The notes: a model not told the origin generated them from the sequence alone. Counted from the first letter of the stretch, positions 1 through 11,024 are shown. The stretch: 64,000 nt of DNA from Candidatus Cloacimonadales bacterium (GCA_963678315.1 OY782781.1:32001-96000); one strand, 5' to 3'. Translations and numbers: made by a program.

Positions 1-2653
1 ATTTCATCATTATCATTTTGTTGATAATACTATCTTTTTCATTAGTTACTTTATAGAAATAGATTCCACTAGAAACTTTTTCACCATTAGTATTATCGCC
101 ATTCCAAACAACTTTATGCTTTCCTGCTTGTAAGTTTTCATTTACAAGAGTATTAACTTTTTGACCTTTGATATTAAAGACTTCAACTTTAACATTAGAC
201 TTCTTACCAATATTAAATTCAATGGTAGTCTCTGGGTTAAATGGGTTAGGATAATTGCTAACTTCAGAAAGCTCAACAAGAGCAGCATCATCATTAGCAT
301 TAGGAACATAAATACTATCGTTGATATAGATAGCATCAATTAGAATGTAGTTACCACCAGTTGAAACATTTTGAATTGCAACATTAGTAATAAAATCATT
401 ACCTGCTTCTAAGTATATTTCTCCTTCATAGAGGTTCCATTCATCTGAAGAGTAAATAGTGTTGTTATTGATAGCCTCATAGTCTGATTCATCTTCAGGA
501 TTTGAGGCATAAAGAACATTAAACATTTCTCCATCAGCAGAAGTTCCTTTATACCAGAAACTAACTGTCAAATATCCATCTGCACTAGGATAAATCTCAA
601 AGTCAGGAGAGATAAGCATATCATTAGCAGCTGGGTGATTTGTATTAGTAACGATTGGGAAAGCAGCAACAACTTTACTACCTGACCAAGCTTCTAAGCC
701 CAACACTGGAGGGAATATTTCTTCAATATCTAGACCGACAAAAGCTTGAGCTGAACCTTCTCCAGCATAGTCAAAGCCTTCTATATCTAATGTAGACTGA
801 TTATCTAAATCAAGATTAGTCCAATCACCAATAACATTTGATTCATGTTGAACAGATTCAAATTCTTCTACAAAAGCATATTCCCATGTATCTATAAGAA
901 TATCTAAACTTGTTGTATAGGTGTCGTTTCCACTATAGATATTAGCTTCTAAAGGACAATATCCGTAAAAAGAATCAGGGATAGTATAAGTAAATTCATA
1001 AAGTTCGGTGAAGAAAGTAGTTACAGGTCTACCATCTAATTTAATTTCTATAAAATCAGGAACAACAAAAGTGCTGAATAATTCAAAGTTTAGGTTCAAT
1101 TCATCACCTTGGTTGAAGTGCTGGTTATTGTAGATATTTTCAAATTCTACATAAGGAACATAAGCAGAATTATTGAAAAAGTCAAATGTAATCACATTGT
1201 TTGATTCAGTGATATTAGTTAAACCTTTACCAACTTCATGATCTTCCCATGGTGTTATAGCTGGATATGAAGTATCAGTAAAATCTGTATGTCCAGGTGA
1301 AGGATAAGGAGCATTACCTGTGTTTAAAGATCCGTTCGAAGCAACTATGTAAAGTCCTTGGTGGCTAGTAGTATTAATACTATTTGAGTAGAAGTTATCA
1401 TCAACCCAATCTCCGTCAACATGATAGATTAATAAGCCATGACCTGGAGTTTCAGAGGCAAAGCCAATATCTTGCACATTATCAAGAAGGAAGTATTCAT
1501 TCTCAGTAGCAGTAGTAAAATAATAAGCTACTGGATTTTCAATACTGTTTTCTAAAGTAAATTGACCATCGTATTCTAGCTCAACAGGTTCAACCCAACC
1601 AAAGAATATCTTTGAATACATATTATGGTGTGCTGGAACATCTCCACCACCATTATAAGCACCTGAACCCATAATATCCCATTCTCCAGTACCATCTTGA
1701 TTACCACCAGTTTGATAATCAGTATCATAGAAATCAGCTGTACCTAAGTTATGACCAAACTCATGGCAGATAACTCCAATACCAGCCATACTCCAATAAG
1801 CTTTTTCAGGTTGACAGGTATAATCTTTAATTTGAACACCATCGAGGTTTAGGGTAATTCCACCTGATACTAAACTGAAGTTATGAGACCAAATATCGCT
1901 TTCATCACTTGTAGATTCTTGTCCTCTACCTTGATGAATAACTGCAATACCATCTACATCGCCATCACCATCATTATCGAATTGGCTAAAGTCAACTTGG
2001 CTATCTGCTGCTTGGCAGGCATCTCTTACAAATTCAGCCCATCTGCTTTGAGGACCATAATAGTCATGATTATTAGCTACTTCAACCCAACCAACAACAG
2101 TAGTATTAACTGTAAGTTGACCATAAGAAGCTTCAAAATAGTAATCTTTAAATGAACCATGACCTGAATAGTTACTTTGGTTCATAAGATTATTGAAATT
2201 TGATTGTGAATAGGTAGTGTATGTATCATTAAAATTAGCAAGAATAAGAAGCATATCGTTTGTGCCTGTAGTTGGGAAACCACCCATTCTAGTATTTCTT
2301 ACTTGAGAAGCTAAGTTTGATTGCATTTCACTATAAAGTAATCCTTTAGGTATATTACTTAGGAATTCAACTTCATTTGCTCTTCTATCTTCTATTTCAT
2401 GTGCTATAACATCAGAAGGCACTAAATCACCATCTAGGTCTTTTATAGCATAAACTTTATTTCCATTCTTATTTAAAAGAGTGTAACCATCAAGAGATTC
2501 TGCCCAATGTAGTCTTTCATCTCCACGATTATAGATTTGAATTGTAGAACCATCTTCCTGTTGATAATCAATCAATCTTGGATCAGCTGGAATAGCTAGC
2601 ATCACTGTACAAAAAACTATTGCAATAATAGTTAAAACGCTGTGTTTTCTCAT
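1..2653 (-). CDS. Secreted M6 (immune inhibitor A-like) metalloprotease with adhesin-like domain and C-terminal FlgD-Ig/T9SS-like tail; stop codon cut by window edge
   Basis: Not in ORF track. ATG at 2653 after AAGGA; N-terminus MRKHSVLTIIAIVFCTVMLAIPA is a signal peptide; motifs DNDGDGDVDG, ICHEFGHNLG (HEXXH) and WDIMGSG; C-terminus ...PFNPETTIEF...VWNG...SSGIYFYK...KMIMMK ends at position 2, same frame as the ATG. Confidence 0.88.
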   Translation of the reverse strand, partial: MRKHSVLTIIAIVFCTVMLAIPADPRLIDYQQEDGSTIQIYNRGDERLHWAESLDGYTLLNKNGNKVYAIKDLDGDLVPSDVIAHEIEDRRANEVEFLSNIPKGLLYSEMQSNLASQVRNTRMGGFPTTGTNDMLLILANFNDTYTTYSQSNFNNLMNQSNYSGHGSFKDYYFEASYGQLTVNTTVVGWVEVANNHDYYGPQSRWAEFVRDACQAADSQVDFSQFDNDGDGDVDGIAVIHQGRGQESTSDESDIWSHNFSLVSGGITLNLDGVQIKDYTCQPEKAYWSMAGIGVICHEFGHNLGTADFYDTDYQTGGNQDGTGEWDIMGSGAYNGGGDVPAHHNMYSKIFFGWVEPVELEYDGQFTLENSIENPVAYYFTTATENEYFLLDNVQDIGFASETPGHGLLIYHVDGDWVDDNFYSNSINTTSHQGLYIVASNGSLNTGNAPYPSPGHTDFTDTSYPAITPWEDHEVGKGLTNITESNNVITFDFFNNSAYVPYVEFENIYNNQHFNQGDELNLNFELFSTFVVPDFIEIKLDGRPVTTFFTELYEFTYTIPDSFYGYCPLEANIYSGNDTYTTSLDILIDTWEYAFVEEFESVQHESNVIGDWTNLDLDNQSTLDIEGFDYAGEGSAQAFVGLDIEEIFPPVLGLEAWSGSKVVAAFPIVTNTNHPAANDMLISPDFEIYPSADGYLTVSFWYKGTSADGEMFNVLYASNPEDESDYEAINNNTIYSSDEWNLYEGEIYLEAGNDFITNVAIQNVSTGGNYILIDAIYINDSIYVPNANDDAALVELSEVSNYPNPFNPETTIEFNIGKKSNVKVEVFNIKGQKVNTLVNENLQAGKHKVVWNGDNTNGEKVSSGIYFYKVTNEKDSIINKMIMMK

Positions 2654-2804
2654 ATATCCATCCTTTTTAAATTAACATCGTTATCTTTTAACAATTTTAT
2701 TTAATTCTCTGATATTGTCTATAAATTTTTGATTGTCAGTTTATTAATAATATAAATAATTGAATTCATCAAGATTCAGAATATAATTAATAAGGAGTTA
2801 ACCA

Positions 2805-3179
2805 ATGTTTGAAATTAAAGAGTATGGATTAGTAACAGCAGAAGAATTAATTGAAGTCTTTGAATCTGTAGGTTGGAACAAGGATCCTGATGATATAGTT
2901 GAAGCTTTTGATAATTCATATTATATTGTATGTTATTATGGAACAAAGCTAATCGGTTTTGCTAGAGCTATTTCAGATGATTATTATTACACAAGCATCT
3001 TTGATGTTGTTATTAGACCCGAGTTTCAAGGAAAAGGTCTAGGCCGTGAATTAGTTACTAGAATTGTTGAAAAATATCAAGGGACCTACTTCTTCTTGAC
3101 TCATACAGAAGGGCAACGTGGATTCTATGAAAAATGTGGCTTTAAGATTAATGAATGCGGAATGTGGATCCCTAAATAA
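2805..3179 (+). CDS. GNAT family N-acetyltransferase
   Basis: LIGFARA and DVVIRPEFQGKGLG acetyl-CoA motif, FYEKCGF; RBS AAGGAG. Confidence 0.9.
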   Translation: MFEIKEYGLVTAEELIEVFESVGWNKDPDDIVEAFDNSYYIVCYYGTKLIGFARAISDDYYYTSIFDVVIRPEFQGKGLGRELVTRIVEKYQGTYFFLTHTEGQRGFYEKCGFKINECGMWIPK

Positions 3180-3193
3180 GCAAAGGATTTGTA

Positions 3194-5125
3194 ATGTATA
3201 AAGAAGTAAAGAATGAATGGAATAAGTTAGTTGAGAAGAGACCATTTAGCAAAGAAATTGTTGGGACGACTACTTATGAGGGCTGGGAAAGATGCCTTAA
3301 AATGTCTTTAGACCCGTTAAAACTTAGGGTACATAGGCTAGCAAATTATGAGCTAAATAGATTGAAACAAGAGAATGCTAACTTACTTTCTATATCTTTA
3401 CCTTATATGCAGAGACTTTATGAACTTATTCGAGGGACTGGAAGTGTAGTTATTCTAACAAATGAAGAAGGAATTATACTATCTTCTTTTGGTGATGAAG
3501 ATTTCATGCAAGAAATAGATATTGCTCAACCAGGAACAAGCTGGAATGAAAAGCACCTTGGTAATAACGGGGTGGGAACTGCTCTTTATCTAAAGAAATC
3601 TCTACAAATCTATGGAAGTCAACATTTTTACAAAGCAAATCATATTTTCTCTTGTTCAGCTTCAATCATTAAAGATCATGAAGGAAAGATAATTGGTTGT
3701 TTTGATATTTCTTCAAAAAAAGAACACGTTCACAAGCACACCCTTGGAATGGTCGTTGCTGCTGCATTTTCTATAACTCAAATACTCATTGCTAATCATA
3801 CTTACCAGCAAAATCTACTCCATTATGAAAGACAAAAAGTCATCACTGAACTAATCAATCAAGGACTCTTTGCCATCGACCAAGAATACAGAATAACTAA
3901 TATTAATCAACAGGCTCTAAGAGAAATGTTGTTAAGCTATAAAGAATCAATTGGTAAAGATATCCGTAGCATTATTTCGGAAGGTATAGAATTTGATAAA
4001 CTTCCAAACATAAGAGACAACATCAATGATTTAGAAACAATCCTAAAGATTAAAAACAAAGTGCTTAGGTGTAACATTAACATTGGTGTTCTTAGAAGCA
4101 ATAATGCGTTTAAAGGAGCTGTTTTCACCTATAAGACTAAATCACGTATCAACAATGTAGTGAACAGAGTAACTGGTTCTCGAGCCTACTTTGACTTTGA
4201 TAAGATTATAGGACATTCAGAAACAATAATAAGCTGTATCGAACAAGCTAAATTAAGCTCTAAAACTCAATCAAACATATTATTGATTGGGGAAAGTGGC
4301 ACAGGTAAAGAAATGTTTGCTCAATCAATCCATAATCATTCTTCACGTAAAGAAGGACCTTTCATTGCCATTAATTGTGGAGCAATCCCAAGAGATTTGA
4401 TACAAAGTGAATTGTTTGGATATGAATCAGGAGCTTTTACAGGTTCCAAAAAGGAAGGTCATTCTGGTAAATTTGAGTTAGCCGATGGTGGAACAATTTT
4501 CTTAGATGAGATAGGAGATATGCCTCTTGATGCTCAAGTAAATTTACTTAGAGTTCTTGAAACAAAAGAAGTAACAAGAGTTGGAGGCAGCTATTCAAAG
4601 CTGATAGATGTCAAAGTTATTGCAGCTACAAATCAAAACTTAGAAGAACTAATTGAAGAAGGTTTATTTAGAAGTGACCTCTACTTTAGATTAAATGTTA
4701 TGACAATCAACATTCCACCCCTAAGAGAAAGAACCGATGACATCCCTGTTTTAGTAGATTATTTCATGGATAAATATAGTAAGCAACAAGATAAAGATTT
4801 TCTTAGCTATACTGATAATTTTATTGAACGTTTATCCCAACACCAATGGCTCGGTAATGTAAGAGAGCTAGAGAATATTATTGAAAGATCTGTTAATCTA
4901 TCTACAGGCAAATATTTAACCATTGATATCCTACCAAAGCAGTTTAGTCAGAATATCAGTAAAAAGCTAGAGTCTGAGCCAAAGATATTAGAACAATCAG
5001 AAAAAAGCATAATTGAACAGGCTTTAATTAGCAATAAATGGAATATTAGAAAGACAGCTCAAGACTTGAAGATAGCTCGTTCAACTCTATATCTTAAAAT
5101 CAAGAAGTATAAACTGTCCAAATAA
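3194..5125 (+). CDS. Sigma-54-dependent activator, AcoR-like (GAF-PAS-AAA+-Fis HTH)
   Basis: GESGTGKE Walker A, GAFTG motif, FLDEIGDM, C-terminal HTH (IRKTAQDLKIARSTLY). Confidence 0.93.
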   Translation: MYKEVKNEWNKLVEKRPFSKEIVGTTTYEGWERCLKMSLDPLKLRVHRLANYELNRLKQENANLLSISLPYMQRLYELIRGTGSVVILTNEEGIILSSFGDEDFMQEIDIAQPGTSWNEKHLGNNGVGTALYLKKSLQIYGSQHFYKANHIFSCSASIIKDHEGKIIGCFDISSKKEHVHKHTLGMVVAAAFSITQILIANHTYQQNLLHYERQKVITELINQGLFAIDQEYRITNINQQALREMLLSYKESIGKDIRSIISEGIEFDKLPNIRDNINDLETILKIKNKVLRCNINIGVLRSNNAFKGAVFTYKTKSRINNVVNRVTGSRAYFDFDKIIGHSETIISCIEQAKLSSKTQSNILLIGESGTGKEMFAQSIHNHSSRKEGPFIAINCGAIPRDLIQSELFGYESGAFTGSKKEGHSGKFELADGGTIFLDEIGDMPLDAQVNLLRVLETKEVTRVGGSYSKLIDVKVIAATNQNLEELIEEGLFRSDLYFRLNVMTINIPPLRERTDDIPVLVDYFMDKYSKQQDKDFLSYTDNFIERLSQHQWLGNVRELENIIERSVNLSTGKYLTIDILPKQFSQNISKKLESEPKILEQSEKSIIEQALISNKWNIRKTAQDLKIARSTLYLKIKKYKLSK

Positions 5126-5172
5126 TGTCTTTTTATCGGACATGTATTAGTATCTTGTATTACATTCGGACA
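5126..5172. promoter_or_regulatory. Two candidate enhancer (UAS) sites TGT-N11-ACA for the adjacent activator
   Basis: TGTCTTTTTATCGGACA (5126-5142) and TGTATTACATTCGGACA (5156-5172); 30-bp spacing; shared TCGGACA half-site. Confidence 0.7.
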
Positions 5173-5393
5173 CTTTTAATGTTTCTTACAAAAGCTCATT
5201 ATTCAATATAAATATATTTTTATTTATTTTCAACTCACATTAGAGATAATTTCTTAATGAGTACAACAACAGCCCATACCCTTTTATAAAAGGATTTTAA
5301 CTATCTATTAGCATATAGGATTTTTGTTTTGTTAATGCCTTAGGATTACTTTTTCAATATTATTTTATCTTTTTAATCTAGCTTTTGGCTCTT

Positions 5394-5410
5394 TTGGATT
5401 GTCTTGTGCA
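5394..5410 (+). promoter_or_regulatory. Sigma-54 (-24/-12) promoter of the alcohol dehydrogenase gene
   Basis: TTGGATTGTCTTGTGCA: GG (5396-5397) and GC (5408-5409) exactly 10 nt apart, about 43 bp before the ATG. Confidence 0.72.
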
Positions 5411-5452
5411 CTTAATAGAAATCAGACACAATGAAAATTAAAGGAGTTCAAA

Positions 5453-6601
5453 ATGAGTTACGGATATTTTATTCCAAGTGTAAACTTGATGGGACAAGGT
5501 AGTGTAAAGACTATAGCTGAAGAAGTAAAAGTTAGAAAAGGTTCAAAAGTTTTAGTTGTAACAGACAAACCTCTTGTTGAGTTTGGCATAGTAAAGCAAG
5601 TTACAGATATATTTGATAACAACAATCTTCCATACGTAATATATGATGAAGTTCAACCAAATCCAACATGCAAGAATGTACATGATGGAGTAGATATGTT
5701 ACAGAAGCACAATTGTGATTTCATTGTTGCGATCGGTGGTGGTTCACCAATGGATTGTGCTAAAGGAATTGGTATTGTTGCGGAAAACGGTGGTAACATT
5801 AGAGATTACGAAGGACTAGACCAATCAAAAAACCCTATGACTCCAATGATTGCAGTAAACACTACTGCTGGTACAGCTTCTGAAATGACAAGGTTCACAA
5901 TCATCACAGACGAAGATAGACATGTTAAAATGGCAATTGTTGATTGGCATGTTACTCCAGCTCTATCTGTTAATGATCCAGACTTAATGGTATCTATGCC
6001 TGCGTCTTTGACTGCTGCAACCGGTATGGATGCTTTAACACATGCTGTTGAAGCTTATGTTTCAACTGCTGCGACACCTGTTACTGATTCAGCTGCTATT
6101 TATGCAATATCACTAATTGGTAAGTACTTAGGAAAAGCAGTTGCTAACGGTGCTGACATTGAAGCAAGAGAGATGATGGCTTATGCTCAGTTCATGGCTG
6201 GTATGGCATTTAATAATGCAAGTTTAGGTTATGTTCATGCTATGGCTCACCAACTAGGTGGCGTGTATGATTTACCTCATGGTGTTTGCAATGCTATTCT
6301 TTTACCTCATGTTTGTGAATTCAACTTAATTGCTAAAACTGATAAATTCATTGAAATTGCTAAAGCTCTTGGTGAAGACGTTTCAGGCCTAGCTCCATTA
6401 GATGCAGGAAAACTAGCTATTTCAGCCATTAAGAAACTTTCTGAATCTGTAGGCATCCCAGCTGGTCTCAGATTATTAGATGTTAACACAGATGATTTCG
6501 GTCTATTAGCAGATAATGCTATGAAAGATGCATGTATGCTTACTAATCCAAGAACAGCAAGTAAAGAACAAGTAATCAATATATATAAGAATGCTTATTA
6601 A
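5453..6601 (+). CDS. Iron-containing (group III) alcohol dehydrogenase
   Basis: GGGSPMD, NTTAGTASE, GMDALTHAVE, HAMAHQLGG, HGVCNAILLP. Confidence 0.95.
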   Translation: MSYGYFIPSVNLMGQGSVKTIAEEVKVRKGSKVLVVTDKPLVEFGIVKQVTDIFDNNNLPYVIYDEVQPNPTCKNVHDGVDMLQKHNCDFIVAIGGGSPMDCAKGIGIVAENGGNIRDYEGLDQSKNPMTPMIAVNTTAGTASEMTRFTIITDEDRHVKMAIVDWHVTPALSVNDPDLMVSMPASLTAATGMDALTHAVEAYVSTAATPVTDSAAIYAISLIGKYLGKAVANGADIEAREMMAYAQFMAGMAFNNASLGYVHAMAHQLGGVYDLPHGVCNAILLPHVCEFNLIAKTDKFIEIAKALGEDVSGLAPLDAGKLAISAIKKLSESVGIPAGLRLLDVNTDDFGLLADNAMKDACMLTNPRTASKEQVINIYKNAY

Positions 6602-6639
6602 TAGCTAAGAAACAATAAAACAATAAAACAACCATCAAA

Positions 6640-6672
6640 AAAGCTGAGATAATGGCAAGTTATCTCAGCTTT
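6640..6672. terminator. Bidirectional intrinsic terminator
   Basis: AAAGCTGAGATAA...TTATCTCAGCTTT between convergent genes. Confidence 0.8.
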
Positions 6673-6704
6673 GATTATTTTAATAGTATTTAGACTTATC
6701 TCTT

Positions 6705-7331
6705 TTATCTAATGAAATTAGTCATTACTTTATTAACTCTTTTTGGTTTCTCAATCTTTGAATCGCTTACTGTTTTAAGTAACCAAGCCATATTCTGACC
6801 AAGGACTTCCATAATTTGGTTACCTTCTTCATCTTGTTCTGCATCATTTGGCATAGTTCCGTGTATAACATTCCAGTAATTTGAAGGAGCTACAAACATC
6901 TCTGAATAAGTCATATAGGTATTTAACTGATTGACAGCAGGCATACCACCAGTTCTTCTAACTGCTACAAGACCTGCACCTACTTTGTGTCTAAACAGAC
7001 CATTAACTCCTGCTACATAGAAAAGTCTATCTAAGAAGGACTTCATAGTACCATTGATTCCAGACCAATAAACTGGAGAAGCAAAGATAATACCATCTGC
7101 TTCTTTAAGTTTTTCAACCCAATTATTGAATTCGTCATCTGTTATCACACATCTATCATCTTTAGTTCTATAGCATTTCCCACAACCTAAACATCCATTA
7201 ACTTTTTCTTTTCCAATATGAATAATTTCTGTTTCTATACCTTCTTTTTCAAGAACTTCAAATACTTTCTTAATCGCATAATAAGTGTTACCTTTAGCTC
7301 TAGGGCTTCCATTGATTGCTATAACTTTCAT
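6705..7331 (-). CDS. Iron-sulfur flavoprotein / NADPH-dependent FMN reductase family
   Basis: INGSPR, CLGCGKC...C cluster, SPVYW. Confidence 0.88.
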   Translation of the reverse strand: MKVIAINGSPRAKGNTYYAIKKVFEVLEKEGIETEIIHIGKEKVNGCLGCGKCYRTKDDRCVITDDEFNNWVEKLKEADGIIFASPVYWSGINGTMKSFLDRLFYVAGVNGLFRHKVGAGLVAVRRTGGMPAVNQLNTYMTYSEMFVAPSNYWNVIHGTMPNDAEQDEEGNQIMEVLGQNMAWLLKTVSDSKIEKPKRVNKVMTNFIR

Positions 7332-7500
7332 TTATTCTCCTAAGTTTGTTTATTATAATTTGATTTTATTTCTTTTAGAATATATTCATAATTTCGTAGT
7401 TAGCAAGGATAAATTACACAAGTCTTAAGTAAAGAAGAATCAGATAAATTTTACTTTTTTACTAGAAAGTTAATAGTTCAATTACCCTTTATCCTAAAAC

Positions 7501-7539
7501 CCCTCCTGCATTAAATTTCGATTTTATGCAAGAGACGCT
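7501..7539. repeat. Dispersed intergenic palindrome, family A, copy 1
   Basis: CCCTCCTGCATTAAATTTCGATTTTATGCAAGAGACGCT; near-identical to reverse complement of copy at 30143. Confidence 0.8.
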
Positions 7540-7642
7540 ACTGGAACGAGTGTTATTTGTAGGTCATTAGACAAAAAGAATAGTTCTATATTTTAGTTAT
7601 TGTGCATTATTTGGAATAATATATTCCCTAAGTATTGCTGAT

Positions 7643-7682
7643 AAAAAAAATTAATAAGGACTGTCATTATAAACAGTCCTTA
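7643..7682 (-). terminator. Intrinsic terminator after tRNA-Ala
   Basis: TAAGGACTGT/ACAGTCCTTA stem with downstream T-run on minus strand. Confidence 0.65.
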
Positions 7683-7690
7683 CAATATTC

Positions 7691-7766
7691 TGGTGGAGCA
7701 TAGCGGGTTCGAACCGCTGACCTCTACACTGCCAGTGTAGCGCTCTCCCAACTGAGCTAATGCCCC
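7691..7766 (-). tRNA. tRNA-Ala(GGC)
   Basis: GGGGCATTAGCTCAG...CTACA-CTGGCAG-TGTAG...GGTTCGAACC...CTCCACCA; 76 nt with CCA. Confidence 0.97.
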
Positions 7767-7785
7767 AAGAGATTATATATTAAAA

Positions 7786-8574
7786 TTAATTTCTAGCTGT
7801 ATTTAAGGTTATACCTCTTTCTGAGTTTTTGGCAAAGTCTATAAATTCTCTTTGCATATCAGTCATATCTTTAATTTGCTCTGCTTCTTCAATAGCTTGA
7901 GAAACATTGAGCCCAAAGCGGTAAAAAATTCTATATACTTCTTTTAGTCTATCTATTTCTGCTTGGTCAATACCTCTGCGTTGCATACCAACTTGGTTTA
8001 AGCCACCTAAATGATAATCAGCACCTTGACCTCTTGTAAAAGGAGGAATATCTTTCTTGATTTGAGAAGCTCCACCAACAAAAGCATATCTTCCGACTTT
8101 GACAAACTGATTAGCGGCACACATACCACTAACAATAGCATGATCCATGATGTGAACATGACCAGCTAAAATTGTACCACTTGAGATTATGACTTCAGAA
8201 CCAATTTGGCAATTATGAGCTACATGTACATAAGACATGATCAAGTTACCATTACCAACATTAGTATCTTCATCTAAGCCATTTGAAGCATTGATAGTAA
8301 CATACTCTCTAATTGTATTACCGTTACCAATGTTTACTCTGGTTGGTTCATTCTTATATTTTAAGTCTTGCGGTTTCGTACCAATACAAGCATAAGGAAA
8401 TATTTCATTATTATCACCAATAGTGGTATGACCATCAACAACTACATGTGATTGAAGAATATTGTTTTCACCTAAAACGACATTTTCAGATATAATGCAG
8501 TAAGGGCCGATTACAGTACCTTTACCGACCTTTGCACCTTCTTTAATTATTGCGGTTGGATGAATATTAGACAT
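7786..8574 (-). CDS. lpxA: UDP-N-acetylglucosamine acyltransferase
   Basis: IHPTAII, hexapeptide repeats, PQDLKY, HVAHNC; lpx operon context. Confidence 0.95.
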   Translation of the reverse strand: MSNIHPTAIIKEGAKVGKGTVIGPYCIISENVVLGENNILQSHVVVDGHTTIGDNNEIFPYACIGTKPQDLKYKNEPTRVNIGNGNTIREYVTINASNGLDEDTNVGNGNLIMSYVHVAHNCQIGSEVIISSGTILAGHVHIMDHAIVSGMCAANQFVKVGRYAFVGGASQIKKDIPPFTRGQGADYHLGGLNQVGMQRRGIDQAEIDRLKEVYRIFYRFGLNVSQAIEEAEQIKDMTDMQREFIDFAKNSERGITLNTARN

Positions 8575-8584
8575 GATTGAGCAC

Positions 8585-9976
8585 CTACTTTTTCATAAGT
8601 TTAGCTAGGAAATCACCTTCGCAAACTTTAACATCGCCGACATAAGCATCACCGTGCATTTTAGTAATTGTTTTCTTTAGAGAAATAACCTTCATTTCAA
8701 ATCTTAAGATATCTCCAGGCATAACAGGTTTTCTAAATTTAACATTATCAATAGAAGCAAAGTAGGCAACATAGTTTTCTGGGTCATTAAGTTGATTAAG
8801 CAGCATAATTCCGCCAGTTTGAGCCATAGCTTCAACTATAATAACACCTGGCATAACTGGATGCTCAGGGAAATGACCTTGGAAGAAAGGTTCATTCATA
8901 GTCACATTCTTAGTTCCAACAATTATTTTACCTGGAATAAACTCAATAATTTTATCTACAAATAAGAATGGGTATCTATGAGGAAGAATCTTCATAATAG
9001 CGTTGACATCAAAGACTACATTTTCAGTTCTTTTCTTTTGGAACATCTTTTGAAGTTCATTCTTACGCTGAATTTGACGGAGCTTCTTAACTAATTCTAC
9101 ATTAGTTTTATGTCCTGAACGGGCAGCTAAGATATGACCTTTAATAGGCATTCCCAAAAGAGCAATATCACCAATAACATCTAGAACTTTATGTCTTACA
9201 AACTCATTATTATATCTTAGTTTGCTTGTGTTGAGAACTCCTTCTTCAGTAACATTAATTTCTTTATGATAATTAAACACATCACGAAGGTGTTCTAACT
9301 CATCAGAAGACATATCTGGTTCGCCGATAACAACAGCATTGTCAAGAGAACCACCTTTGATAAGATTTTTTTCTTTAAGATAAAGAATTTCATTTATAAA
9401 GCAGAAGGTACGAGCTTTAGAGAATTCTTCTTCAAAGTAAGACATACTTGGTAGCCATGTATATTGAGTACCTAAATATGGATGATGATAATCAATCAAA
9501 AAGGTAACTTTTAATTCATTAGAAGGAACAATAACAATATCAACATTATCTTCTGGAGCTGAAAAATTAATTGGTTTATCAAATTCAAAATACTCTCGAA
9601 CTGATTCCTGTTGAATCACTCCGACCTGCTTAATTAGTCTGATGAATGGATAAGCTGAGCCATCAGCTACTGGAGCTTCAGGACCGTCTATTTCTATCAC
9701 AATATTATCAATATCCATTCCTTTAACAGCAGCAAGAACATGTTCAATAGTTCCAACTGTTGCTTTTTTAATACCAATTGTTGTTCCTCTCGAGATATCT
9801 ACTACATGGTCAATATCTGCAGGAATAACAGGCTTACCAGGTAAATCTGTTCTAACAAAAGAAATCCCATCATCTTGACCAGCAGGTTTAAATGTGATTG
9901 TTGAAATCACACCTGAATGTAATCCTATTCCTGTATAACTAATAGTTCCTGCAATTGTTTTCTTAAAATCACTCAT
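8585..9976 (-). CDS. lpxC-fabZ: Bifunctional LpxC deacetylase / FabZ dehydratase
   Basis: GIGLHSG, TIEHVLAA, RHKVLD (LpxC); LPHRYPFL, FFQGHFPEHPVMPGV (FabZ). Confidence 0.96.
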   Translation of the reverse strand: MSDFKKTIAGTISYTGIGLHSGVISTITFKPAGQDDGISFVRTDLPGKPVIPADIDHVVDISRGTTIGIKKATVGTIEHVLAAVKGMDIDNIVIEIDGPEAPVADGSAYPFIRLIKQVGVIQQESVREYFEFDKPINFSAPEDNVDIVIVPSNELKVTFLIDYHHPYLGTQYTWLPSMSYFEEEFSKARTFCFINEILYLKEKNLIKGGSLDNAVVIGEPDMSSDELEHLRDVFNYHKEINVTEEGVLNTSKLRYNNEFVRHKVLDVIGDIALLGMPIKGHILAARSGHKTNVELVKKLRQIQRKNELQKMFQKKRTENVVFDVNAIMKILPHRYPFLFVDKIIEFIPGKIIVGTKNVTMNEPFFQGHFPEHPVMPGVIIVEAMAQTGGIMLLNQLNDPENYVAYFASIDNVKFRKPVMPGDILRFEMKVISLKKTITKMHGDAYVGDVKVCEGDFLAKLMKK

Positions 9977-9977
9977 A

Positions 9978-11018
9978 TTATTTCTCTTCTTTCTTTTTTC
10001 CTTTTAAATACGCTTTGAACATATCAGGTAATTTATTTTCTACTGCCATAATCTTCTTTTGAAGAGCAGCATCTCTTGCTGGATATCCCAATAATAACTT
10101 ATCAGATTTAACATTTCCATGAATTCCTGATTTAGCTCCAGCCATTGTTCTATCACCTACAGTAACATGATCTGCTACACCTACTTGACCAGCTAAGTAT
10201 ACTTGACTACCAATCGTGGTAGAACCAGCTATTCCTACTTGTGAACAAATAATAGTGTTATCACCAATATTTACATTGTGACCTATCTGTACTAGATTAT
10301 CAAGCTTAGTATTCTCTTTTATAATTGTAGAACCTATGGTTCCTCTGTCAATACAAGAATTAGCACCAATTTCTACATTATCTTCTATTGTAACATTCCC
10401 AACCTGAGGAACTTTCTCTTGAATACCATTATAAAGAATATATCCGAATCCATCAGCTCCAATGACAACCCCTGCGTGCAGAATAACATTGTTTCCTAAT
10501 TCCATGTTATCATATATAGTACAGTTTGGATAAAGATGACAGTTATGCCCTATCTTTGTACCCTCTTTAATAACACAGTTAGATTCAATAACAACATCAT
10601 TACCAATAACAACATTGTCTTCTATAACAACAAAATCACCTACATGTACATTCTCACCAATTTTAGATGAAGAAGCAATAGATGATTTACTTGAGATTGT
10701 GCTTTCTTTTGCCTGGGAATCTATTTCCAGCCAAAGCTTAATCATAACCATAAATGTAAAATATGGTTTATCAACTTTTACAAGATTAGAGCTTTGATTA
10801 TTATCAACATCAAAATTACTTGGTACAAAGATTAAACCAGCCTTGCACTCTTTTAATTTAGGTAGATAGGCTTCATTCTCAAAGAAGCAAACAGAATTTG
10901 TGTTTGCTTCATCAAGTTCAGCAACATTGTTAAGATTTGTGTCAAAACGTTTTATGTATTCACCATTGGCTTTTTCAACAATGGTATCAATATCTAAAGG
11001 TATAGTAAAATATTTCAT
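9978..11018 (-). CDS. lpxD: UDP-3-O-acylglucosamine N-acyltransferase
   Basis: [24 protein letters not shown]. Confidence 0.95.
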   Translation of the reverse strand: MKYFTIPLDIDTIVEKANGEYIKRFDTNLNNVAELDEANTNSVCFFENEAYLPKLKECKAGLIFVPSNFDVDNNQSSNLVKVDKPYFTFMVMIKLWLEIDSQAKESTISSKSSIASSSKIGENVHVGDFVVIEDNVVIGNDVVIESNCVIKEGTKIGHNCHLYPNCTIYDNMELGNNVILHAGVVIGADGFGYILYNGIQEKVPQVGNVTIEDNVEIGANSCIDRGTIGSTIIKENTKLDNLVQIGHNVNIGDNTIICSQVGIAGSTTIGSQVYLAGQVGVADHVTVGDRTMAGAKSGIHGNVKSDKLLLGYPARDAALQKKIMAVENKLPDMFKAYLKGKKKEEK

Positions 11019-11024
11019 TTAACT

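Noticed and set aside
142..2155. Short ORFs 142-339, 161-343 and 1883-2155
   Set aside because: Alternative-frame or antisense to the long M6 protease gene.
8585..9976. lpxC-fabZ fusion as a novelty
   Set aside because: Well known in Bacteroidota and related FCB lineages; useful only as a taxonomic hint.
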